From Candidatus Poribacteria bacterium (GTDB lineage: Bacteria; Poribacteria; WGA-4E; WGA-3G), in the NCBI GenBank assembly GCA_963422705.1, contig OY730443.1, positions 2,270,694-2,334,693 of the forward strand: a DNA stretch of 64,000 nt. Reading direction: 5' to 3'. This document shows positions 50,446 to 58,289 of this stretch, one piece after another. Each line of letters opens with the position of its first letter. Positions within the stretch are counted from its first letter, which is position 1. The notes under the pieces were generated by a model, which was given only the letters and a program-made list of their open reading frames with translations, was not told the origin of the DNA and made no database searches. The translations under genes and the position numbers were made by a program.

Positions 50446-50489
50446 AAGGGAATTCTGTAGTAAATTAAAGGGAATTCTGTAGTAAATTG
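50446..50489. repeat. 22-bp tandem repeat (aagggaattctgtagtaaatt x2) in the divergent intergenic region
   Basis: Read directly from the sequence. Candidate operator or iteron. Confidence 0.6.
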
Positions 50490-50538
50490 CAAAAGAGCAT
50501 CCCGTTTTATTTTTAGTTAGGAGAAAAGGTTATAAATC

Positions 50539-51435
50539 ATGCGTCATTTTGAAGTGAAAGTGAATGCGAAAACACACTTAGTTGTTGAAAATGAGACTGG
50601 GCGGTGTTTAGGGGGCATCGGTTCTAATTTTTATCGCCCGTTTGTTTTTCCGTTCTACACCCCTGCTGGGCATACCGTGATTCAGGAGTTCGCGTTTGAT
50701 CATCCTTTTCATAACGGTATCTTTGTGGGGCAAGGCCCCGTCTCGGTAACTGACGAGCGTGAAACGCCGTCTGCTGCCTCCGGGGAGATAGGTTTGCCAA
50801 GGGCGGCGAACTTTTGGGCGTCGCCGCCGCGGCGTTCGTTTACAGACAAAATCTTCGCGAACCTCGGGCGGATGGATACTGAGAAAGCAATCGGCATCGT
50901 GCGCCACGCAGATGGTGTTAAATTCGTTCAGAAGGTTATCTGGCGTGATAAGGATGAGAACGCGCTAATCGATGAGATTCGCAGTGTAAATCTGTGGGCA
51001 CTCCGTGACGCGACAATCTGCGATGTGAGCAGCGAGAAAATAGCGACTTACGGCACCACAACCTATCCACAGACGAAGTATGGTAGCATCGGTATCCGGG
51101 TAGAACCGAGGTTGCTGCCGGTGATGGGCGGGACTGTTCTTGGCGACAATAACCGGGCTGGCAACGCCGATGTGGTTCATGAAAGCGATTCTGACTTTGT
51201 CGCGTATCAAAATCACCTCCCGGGGCACGGGGATTTCGGTGTCTTCATGACAATTCTGAACGAAGGGATTCGCGGCCCGTGGTTTATTCGGGATTACGGG
51301 ATGGCACTGTACAACCCTACGTGGCGTCAAACGATTTCGACAGCGGCCGGTGAGAGTTGGACAATCTCGCTTCGGGTTGTCGCGTATGATGGTGCCCTGA
51401 CTTCGGCACGAACGACGCGCTGGTGCCGGCCCTGA
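50539..51435 (+). CDS. Hypothetical protein, DUF6807/PmoA-like
   Basis: PAGHTVIQEFAFDHPFHNGIFVG resembles the DHxHHrGl motif of the PmoA-like family. Confidence 0.35.
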   Translation: MRHFEVKVNAKTHLVVENETGRCLGGIGSNFYRPFVFPFYTPAGHTVIQEFAFDHPFHNGIFVGQGPVSVTDERETPSAASGEIGLPRAANFWASPPRRSFTDKIFANLGRMDTEKAIGIVRHADGVKFVQKVIWRDKDENALIDEIRSVNLWALRDATICDVSSEKIATYGTTTYPQTKYGSIGIRVEPRLLPVMGGTVLGDNNRAGNADVVHESDSDFVAYQNHLPGHGDFGVFMTILNEGIRGPWFIRDYGMALYNPTWRQTISTAAGESWTISLRVVAYDGALTSARTTRWCRP

Positions 51436-51515
51436 TTTATGAAAGTGAACTGTGAAGCGGAATCTCAATGCAAGAAAATATTTTAGAACTCCGTGGGATA
51501 ACGAAGAAGTTTGGT
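51388..51515 (+). repeat. 128-bp direct repeat, left copy (3' end of upstream gene plus a truncated start of the ABC ATPase gene)
   Basis: Matches 54499-54626 with 3 mismatches. Confidence 0.85.
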
Positions 51516-52044
51516 ATCAGGAACGAAAAGCACTGACTGATGAATGTCTGGCATGATTCGACGAGCCTGATTCGCTTCAACCTGCTTTTTTTACTGTTTG
51601 TTTTCTATAAATGGTTGATAAATCCGTGAGAAAGTGTTAACATGTGAAGGTATGAAACACATCATAGACTTCATCGATGACTGCAAATTCTCTGCCAAAG
51701 GGTTTGAAAACCCGAAAGGAGCATTTACAATACTTTTGAAAATTTTACCTTCCGAACCTCAATGGGTTCTCGATGAGTGGGATGACAGCCAACCAGGAAC
51801 CTGGGATGACAGCCAACCATGAGCCATTGATGAGTTTCTCAACCTTCCATATGATAGAGGATTGCCAGGAACGCTACACTCCTTTGATTCGGTTTGCCAT
51901 CAAAGCCGTAATCCCAATCACTCCCGTTCGTGTCAAACAATCTCCTGTTCGGACGCGGACAGACTCGGACAAAGAAATACTTTCTTTATCCGAAGACACG
52001 CGGAAAGAATAACAACTGGATATATCCAACAAGGAGAAATCGAC

Positions 52045-52875
52045 ATGTTGAAAGCTTTGCGTCTAACCATTTTTGGGAACATACGGACATTTATAGTCTT
52101 CCTGGCTATATTTATCCCGACGTTCCTGTTAGTATACGGGCATCAGCAGGCAAAACAACGGCAAGAAAGACAAGCAAGCATCCCTGACGAATTGCAGCAA
52201 CTGGATGCGGAAGCCAAAGCCGAAGTGTTACGACGAAAAGTGGAAAAAGAAAAAACCGAACCCAGCACCCCAAGTCTGGAACTCACAGGTCAGGCTTCCC
52301 CTATAGAAGGGTTTCAGGAAAACACCCAACCGCCATCCACTGAAAATGTGGCGGATGTGGAACGCATCTCCTCGGGGCCCCACAAAGGCATGACGTTGCA
52401 AGAATCCTACGCAGCCTCGAGAAAAGAGCGCGCGGAGGCCAAGAATGCCGTTAGAAAGCACCACGAATGGCACCTGCAAGCGAAAGCGTTAGATAAAAAA
52501 CTGATAGCCGCTTCAAGGAAATCAAGAGCCATCGCCCGCGCAGTTCTTGCATCTGCGGATGCGGAACTCTCCGCTGTGCTGGATGTTTATGCGCTCATGT
52601 CCGATGAACAGCTCAAATATGCGAGGCAGGAAGCTTTGAAAACGCTGCCTGCCGACAAAGTCGAACGCTTTTTCAATGACTTAGCTAACCATAAAGCCAA
52701 CGACACCACAAAAACTCACGAACAGATTTCCCAAGATGCCAAAGACATCCTAAGGTCTCGAGAAGCTCGTAGGATTGCAAGCAGGGAAGTGGATGTGGAA
52801 TTTGAACAAATTCGGCAAGAGATAGCCGAACACAACCGTAACATGCCGCCTGACCCCTTTACGCAGCAACCATAA
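52045..52875 (+). CDS. Membrane-anchored coiled-coil protein
   Basis: RBS AGGAG upstream of the ATG at 52045. N-terminal TM helix, then a long charged helical region. Confidence 0.5.
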   Translation: MLKALRLTIFGNIRTFIVFLAIFIPTFLLVYGHQQAKQRQERQASIPDELQQLDAEAKAEVLRRKVEKEKTEPSTPSLELTGQASPIEGFQENTQPPSTENVADVERISSGPHKGMTLQESYAASRKERAEAKNAVRKHHEWHLQAKALDKKLIAASRKSRAIARAVLASADAELSAVLDVYALMSDEQLKYARQEALKTLPADKVERFFNDLANHKANDTTKTHEQISQDAKDILRSREARRIASREVDVEFEQIRQEIAEHNRNMPPDPFTQQP

Positions 52876-52920
52876 CGAAAGCGATAAGGGGGCGGCAACT
52901 CGAAATCGAGGTTTATTTTT

Positions 52921-53256
52921 TTGAAACGTTACAGAGCATTTACGTTTTTAGCGTCTATTTCCTTATTAGTCTGCTTAGTCTTTATAGGTATTGCACACGA
53001 AAGCGAAAGACACCGCTTACAGACAGAGGTGCAAATGGAAAAGAAAGATGTCGAGGATGCAAAGAAAGAGGTTAGGAAGCTTGAGGACAAAGGATACGCT
53101 CGGGCCATAGGTGATGGAATGACGACAGGCATGCTTACTGGTATCGGTGGTGGTATTGCCACGGGGGCACTTCTTGGTAACCTCCCGGCGGCCATTACAG
53201 GGGGTGCCAGTGGTGGCGTTGTTGGTGGCGTTGCTGGTAGTATTGCTGTGGTATGA
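52921..53256 (+). CDS. Glycine-zipper (2TM) small membrane protein
   Basis: GMTTGMLTGIGGGIATGALLGNLPAAITGGASGGVVGGVAGSIAVV; TTG start. Confidence 0.45.
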   Translation: MKRYRAFTFLASISLLVCLVFIGIAHESERHRLQTEVQMEKKDVEDAKKEVRKLEDKGYARAIGDGMTTGMLTGIGGGIATGALLGNLPAAITGGASGGVVGGVAGSIAVV

Positions 53257-53450
53257 ATCACTACAACAACCTCAAAGATGCGAGGGAGGATTTGGAGGAG
53301 GAAGAGGAAGAGTTAGAGCAGGCAGAGAGGGAATTAGAGGATTACGACTATGAGAATAGCGAGTATAAACAGAGTTGTTCCTCTTGCGGTGGCAGATGGA
53401 CATTCTCTACGTACGATGCCTACATGAACTTCTATCACGATCATCAGTAA
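53253..53450 (+). CDS. Small acidic protein with CxxC
   Basis: 65 aa, poly-Glu, CSSCGG. Overlaps the upstream stop. Confidence 0.35.
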   Translation: MNHYNNLKDAREDLEEEEEELEQAERELEDYDYENSEYKQSCSSCGGRWTFSTYDAYMNFYHDHQ

Positions 53451-53472
53451 AGTGCGTCCTTGACGACTTTTA

Positions 53473-54231
53473 GTGGATGCCACAGGGGTTCCTTGTCGTG
53501 TCCCTTTTTACTTTACCAAAGGGTTTGAAAACCCGAAAGGAGCATTTACAATCCTTTTGAAAAAGTTTTACCTTCCGATTGGTATTCTGATAGTTGCGCT
53601 CTGTGCAGTCGGTTTATTCTTGTTGCGTTCCGATGTGCCAGAGGAACCGATTGTGATTCACAAGCCGACAATCACGGAAACGCCATTAAAGGTTACCGCA
53701 GCAGAGGAAACCGCTCAAGAGAAATTTGATCGCGAGATGCGAGAAAAAATGGCTCTTAAGGAACAAGAAATCGCCAAATACAAGGAGAAAACCGCCAAAT
53801 ACAACGATGAAACCGCCAAATACAAGGAGAAAACCGCCAAATACAAGGAGAAAATCGCCAAATACAACGATAAAACCGCCAAATACAACGATAAAACCGC
53901 AGCCATTCGTGCTGAGTTTGAAGCACTCAAGGCGAAAGATGCTGAACGGACAGAATACCTTTCCCGTATTACAGAGAAGGGCAAAGAGTTTGTAGCTCAA
54001 TTCCCGGATATGCTGGAGATGACACCTGAAAAGTATCTTGCATTATCCGAAACGGAGCAGGAAAAATTCCTTTTGCGTTGCGTTGAATACGATTTATTGA
54101 TAGAAAATATTCAAGAAATAATCAATTCAATGCCTCAATGGATTCTCGATGAGTGCGATGACAGCCAACCAGGAGCCATTGATGAGTTTCTCAACCTTCC
54201 ATCGCTAACAGAATTATACGGGAGTCTATAA
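53473..54231 (+). CDS. Membrane-anchored protein with six AKY(K/N)(E/D)(K/E)T heptad repeats
   Basis: TM helix IGILIVALCAVGLFLL. The heptads are encoded by a 21-bp x6 tandem repeat. The true start is probably TTG near 53556, after the RBS AAAGGAG. Confidence 0.45.
   Translation: MDATGVPCRVPFYFTKGFENPKGAFTILLKKFYLPIGILIVALCAVGLFLLRSDVPEEPIVIHKPTITETPLKVTAAEETAQEKFDREMREKMALKEQEIAKYKEKTAKYNDETAKYKEKTAKYKEKIAKYNDKTAKYNDKTAAIRAEFEALKAKDAERTEYLSRITEKGKEFVAQFPDMLEMTPEKYLALSETEQEKFLLRCVEYDLLIENIQEIINSMPQWILDECDDSQPGAIDEFLNLPSLTELYGSL
53773..53898 (+). repeat. 21-bp x6 in-frame tandem repeat (gccaaatacaa(g/c)ga(g/t)(a/g)aaacc)
   Basis: Read directly from the sequence. Encodes the AKYKEKT/AKYNDKT heptads. 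Confidence 0.8.
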
Positions 54232-54233
54232 AC

Positions 54234-54443
54234 ATGAAAAATATCAATTTTGGAACACTCTTTTTAATACTTCTGTTAGTGGGCATTTTCTCGTTTGCAA
54301 TGGCAGCGGATAAAATTCAATGTATCCACTGCGGTAGCTGGGACATTCCTGGACAGCACGATTGCCCAGACGTTCAAAAAGCGACGAAGAAAGCCGAAGA
54401 AGCAAAGAAGAAAGCCGAAGAAGCAACGAAGGAAGCCGATTGA
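54234..54443 (+). CDS. Small secreted Lys/Glu-rich protein
   Basis: Signal peptide MKNINFGTLFLILLLVGIFSFAMA, a Cys pair, and KKAEEAKKKAEEA repeats. Confidence 0.4.
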   Translation: MKNINFGTLFLILLLVGIFSFAMAADKIQCIHCGSWDIPGQHDCPDVQKATKKAEEAKKKAEEATKEAD

Positions 54444-54498
54444 AAAAGACATGCGCCACTACGAAGCCTATCAGGTTATCTGCCTCGGTGAAGAGAGC

Positions 54499-54626
54499 GA
54501 TGGCGCCCTGACTTCGGCACGAACAACGCGCTGGTGCCGGCCCTGATTTATGAAAGTGAACTGTGAAGCGGAATCTCAATGCAAGAAAATATTTTAGAAC
54601 TCCGTGGCATAACGAAGAAGTTTGGT
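54499..54626 (+). repeat. 128-bp direct repeat, right copy
   Basis: Contains the functional start of the ABC ATPase gene (ATG 54579). Confidence 0.85.
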
Positions 54627-56138
54627 TCTCTGGTTGCGGTTGATAACGTGAATTTTGAGTTGAGAGAGGCCGAAATTCACGCGATTTTGGGTGAGAATGG
54701 CGCTGGAAAGTCAACGTTGATGAATCTGATTTATGGGCTTTATCAACCGTCGCGTGGTGACATCTATGTTTCCGGTGTCCGGCAAATTTTCCGTTCCCCG
54801 CGGGATGCGATTTCCACCGGCATCGGGATGGTGCATCAACACTTTATGCTGATTGAGAATTTGACTGTCGCCGAAAATATTGCGTTAAGCGTTAAGCCGT
54901 CGGCGCGCAGCCCCGCGAATCGTTTATCCGTCCTGCTAGAAAAATATCGCTTTAAGCATGCCGAGGCGGTGAAGACGACGGAAGCGCTTTCGGAACAATT
55001 TGGTCTTTCTGTGAATCCAAGCGCCGTCGTCAGGACGCTTTCTGTCGGGCTCAAGCAGCGCGTTGAAATCCTCAAGGCGCTTGCGATGGACGCGCGAACG
55101 CTTATACTTGATGAGCCGACGGCGGTGCTGAGTCCACAAGAAGTCGAAAGATTGTTCAGCATTCTGCACAACCTGAAAGCAAATGGCCGTTCTATTATCT
55201 TAATCAGCCATAAAATGAAAGAGGTTTTGCGGATGAGCGATAGGATTACGGTGCTGCGTCGGGGAAAAAATGTATATGTGGGTAAAACAGGGGAATTGAC
55301 AGCCCGTGAACTTGCGCGTGAGATGCTGGGTGAAGAGGTAACAGAGGTTGTTCGAGAAGCGCATTCTGCGACGACAGCGGGCGTGCTAACCATTACTCGC
55401 CTGTTCGTTCCGGGAAGTCGCGGCGAATTCGCCGTTGCCGGAGTCTCTCTGGAAACAAAACGCGGTGAAATTGTCGGGATAGCCGGCGTTGATGGCAATG
55501 GACAACGTGAATTGGCAGAGGCAATTATGGGGCTGCGAAAAAAGGCAGCCGGAACAATAGAGATATTAGGAACTGAACGGAAACGAACTAAAACCGTTCG
55601 TCTGCTCGGGGTAGGCTATATTCCGGAGGATAGGCAGACAACAGGTGTCATCCCTTCATTTTCAATTGCAGAGAACCTATTGCTGAGTGTCGCGCACTTA
55701 AAGAGACACAGTTGGTGTGGAATCCTGAGTGAGAAGCAGAAACGCGAAACGGCTGAACGTTTGATTGTAGACTATGATGTTCGTCCGCCTGCGATTCATG
55801 TAGCGGGCGCTACGCTTTCGGGTGGTAACCAGCAGAAAGTCGTGCTTGCCCGGGAATTGTTCCACGGTGAAGGAGCGGGGCCGGAGCTTCTCATCGCGGT
55901 TAACCCTACGCGTGGTTTGGATGTGAGCGCGACGAGCGATGTGCATCAGAATTTGCTGGCGCAACGTGAGAGAAACAAATCGGTACTGTTAATTTCAACA
56001 GAGTTAGACGAGGTGCTTCAGTTGAGCGACAGGCTCTATGTGATGTCCCAAGGAAGATTATATGAAGCAACGGAGCACCGTAACGATATAGGCGCGCTTG
56101 GCTTATTGATGACAGGAGAAACAGGTGCGGCTGTCTGA
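54579..56138 (+). CDS. ABC transporter ATP-binding protein with two NBDs (BMP/nucleoside or sugar-type)
   Basis: 519 aa. Two Walker A/ABC-signature sets: GENGAGKST with LSVGLKQRV, and GVDGNGQ with LSGGNQQKV. Confidence 0.85.
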   Translation: MQENILELRGITKKFGSLVAVDNVNFELREAEIHAILGENGAGKSTLMNLIYGLYQPSRGDIYVSGVRQIFRSPRDAISTGIGMVHQHFMLIENLTVAENIALSVKPSARSPANRLSVLLEKYRFKHAEAVKTTEALSEQFGLSVNPSAVVRTLSVGLKQRVEILKALAMDARTLILDEPTAVLSPQEVERLFSILHNLKANGRSIILISHKMKEVLRMSDRITVLRRGKNVYVGKTGELTARELAREMLGEEVTEVVREAHSATTAGVLTITRLFVPGSRGEFAVAGVSLETKRGEIVGIAGVDGNGQRELAEAIMGLRKKAAGTIEILGTERKRTKTVRLLGVGYIPEDRQTTGVIPSFSIAENLLLSVAHLKRHSWCGILSEKQKRETAERLIVDYDVRPPAIHVAGATLSGGNQQKVVLARELFHGEGAGPELLIAVNPTRGLDVSATSDVHQNLLAQRERNKSVLLISTELDEVLQLSDRLYVMSQGRLYEATEHRNDIGALGLLMTGETGAAV

Positions 56139-57216
56139 TTTGAGTGCTGTTAGCAAGATGTTTTCTAGTCCGAGATTCTTGAAATACTTAACGATGCCGG
56201 CCCTGATTCTGTTAAGCGCGTTTGCTACCAACGCCGTTATCATCATCGTGTGTGGGTATAACCCGTTATCTGCGTTTGCGGCGGCGATGGATGGTGCGTT
56301 CGGTAACGGGCGTAAACTAGGCGAGACATTAGTAAAAAGCACGCCGTTTCTGATGACGGGGCTTTCCGTTGTGGTTGCGTTTCGATGTGGTATCTGGAAT
56401 ATCGGCGCGGAGGGGCAGTTTCTGATTGGTGCCTTGGCCACGACGTGGTTTGGGACGCGCCTCGCGGCGCTGCTTCCTGCGACAGGGTGGGTGGCGGTGC
56501 CTCTCGGCCTGGCATTCGGCGCCATCGCAGGCGGCATCTGGGGGCTATTTCCGGCAATCTTAAAAGTAATCCGCGGTGTGAATGAAGTGATTAGTACGAT
56601 TATGTTAAATTATGTCGCGCTCTATTTGGTGAGCCTGATGGTGGATGGTGGCCCGCTCCAAGAGGTAACACAGCGCGGGCCGCAAAGCGACAGGTTATCG
56701 GAATGGGTATTTCTGCCCCGGCTTTTCCCCCCGCACCGCATCCATCTCGGTATTGTCATCGCGATTATTTTAGCAATTGTGCTGGCATTCGTCCTATTTC
56801 GGACAATCTATGGCTATCAACTCCGTGCTGTGGGTGAAGGTGAAGCGGCCGCGGAAGCAGCCGGTATTTCTATTTTTCAGAATACCCTCCGGGTTTTCTT
56901 CATCAGCGGGGCATTGGCAGGGTTAGGCGGCGCGATTGAATTGATGGCGCTGACACGCCGCCTCTTCCCAAATTTCTCACCCGGGTACGGCTACACCGCT
57001 ATTGCCGTGGCGCTGCTTGCGAAATTGCATCCCCTGTTAACAATTGGTTCCGCTTTTTTGTTTGGCACATTAACAACCGGCTCGTATGCGATGCAACGGG
57101 GCACCGGTATTTCCGACAAAGTCACGTTTGTGATGCAAGCGACGCTCCTTCTCTATGTGATTGGGTACAGTTCGATTAAAATGGATTTTTGGTCAAAAAT
57201 AAATACGAAAAGATGA
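56125..57216 (+). CDS. ABC transporter permease (BMP-family/branched-chain type)
   Basis: 363 aa, multi-TM. Its start overlaps the ATPase gene stop. Confidence 0.8.
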   Translation: MRLSDLSAVSKMFSSPRFLKYLTMPALILLSAFATNAVIIIVCGYNPLSAFAAAMDGAFGNGRKLGETLVKSTPFLMTGLSVVVAFRCGIWNIGAEGQFLIGALATTWFGTRLAALLPATGWVAVPLGLAFGAIAGGIWGLFPAILKVIRGVNEVISTIMLNYVALYLVSLMVDGGPLQEVTQRGPQSDRLSEWVFLPRLFPPHRIHLGIVIAIILAIVLAFVLFRTIYGYQLRAVGEGEAAAEAAGISIFQNTLRVFFISGALAGLGGAIELMALTRRLFPNFSPGYGYTAIAVALLAKLHPLLTIGSAFLFGTLTTGSYAMQRGTGISDKVTFVMQATLLLYVIGYSSIKMDFWSKINTKR

Positions 57217-57218
57217 AG

Positions 57219-57300
57219 TTGCATAAGAAATCTCCGACGAGATTTTCCCAGGCGTCACAAAAACAGAAGAAAATCAGCACACTGCACACGACGAAAACAA
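57219..57300 (+). repeat. ~82-bp repeat-family element occupying the intergenic space between the two permease genes
   Basis: GTTGCATAAGAAATCTCCGACGAGATTTTCCCAGGCGTCACAAAAACAGAAGAAAATCAGCACACTGCACACGACGAAAACAAG. It starts 2 nt after the upstream stop and ends at the next ATG. Confidence 0.75.
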
Positions 57301-57301
57301 G

Positions 57302-58234
57302 ATGTTTGAAGATATTCTTTCGGCGACAATTCGAGGTGCGACTCCGCTGCTGCTGGCAGCGTTAGGTGAAGTGATTTCACAGCGCGCCGGGGTTATTAAT
57401 ATCGGTATCGAAGGCATGATGCTTATCGGTGCGTTTTTTGGGATGGTAGGTTCTTTCACCGCGTCGGACTTGGGCATGCTTTCTCCGTGGATGGGGTTGC
57501 TCCTTGCGGGGTTAAGTGGTGTTGTTACAGCCTGCATCTTTGCGTTCGTGGCGATAAAACTTCGCGGTGACCAAGTGATTATCGGCACGGCGATGACACT
57601 GCTAGCCTTAGGATTGACAGAAGTCGTCTATCAGCGGCTTTTTGGTGTAACAGGTAGCGCGCTCCGGGTGCCTGCGTTCAAAACGTTAGAGATTCCGTTT
57701 CTGTCGGAGCTCCCGTTTGTAGGGGTTTCTCTATTTTCGCACAACATTCTCGTGTTCATGACGTTTTTGCTGGTTCCGTGCGTATATGTGTTTCTGTACC
57801 AGACGCGTGCGGGGCTGATGATTCGCGCGTGTGGAGAACATCCGAAGGCAGTTTCAGCCGTGGGTGGCAATGTCGTATTATTGCGAGCGGGGTGTCTCTT
57901 ATTTGCGGGGATGATGGCCGGGATGGCGGGTGGCTATCTTTCGTTAGCGGATGTGCCGTATTTTACCCCGGGGATGACGGTTGGGCGCGGGTTTATTGCG
58001 TTAGCGATTGTGATTTTTGGGAAGTGGCATCCTGTGAAAGCCTGTGGTGCGGCGTTACTCTTCGGACTTGGGAGTGCCCTGGATGTCCGCATTCAGGCGT
58101 TGGGTTGGCACATTCCGTACCAATTGTTATTGATGCTGCCTTATGTGTTGTGCTTAGGCGTGCTTGCGGGCTGCGTTGGACGCGCGGATGCGCCGCTCGC
58201 ACTAGGAAAACCGTATCCTAGCCCATCGGAATAA
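57302..58234 (+). CDS. ABC transporter permease (BMP-family/branched-chain type), second subunit
   Basis: 310 aa, multi-TM. Confidence 0.8.
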   Translation: MFEDILSATIRGATPLLLAALGEVISQRAGVINIGIEGMMLIGAFFGMVGSFTASDLGMLSPWMGLLLAGLSGVVTACIFAFVAIKLRGDQVIIGTAMTLLALGLTEVVYQRLFGVTGSALRVPAFKTLEIPFLSELPFVGVSLFSHNILVFMTFLLVPCVYVFLYQTRAGLMIRACGEHPKAVSAVGGNVVLLRAGCLLFAGMMAGMAGGYLSLADVPYFTPGMTVGRGFIALAIVIFGKWHPVKACGAALLFGLGSALDVRIQALGWHIPYQLLLMLPYVLCLGVLAGCVGRADAPLALGKPYPSPSE

Positions 58235-58289
58235 AACCCGCGGAAGTTGTGACATCTACTTGTGTGTTCATCAGCGCCCTCGTTACATC

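Larger units (their letters stand above)
51516..54498 (+). other. ~3-kb inserted island between the direct repeats, encoding small membrane/coiled-coil proteins
   Basis: The insertion splits the original junction between the 50539 gene and the ABC ATPase gene. No recombinase is present inside it. Confidence 0.6.

Noticed and set aside
51516-54498. Prophage or integrative element call for the 3-kb island
   Set aside because: It has no integrase, excisionase, capsid or replication genes. The only support is the long direct repeats, so it is reported as an insertion island of unknown type.
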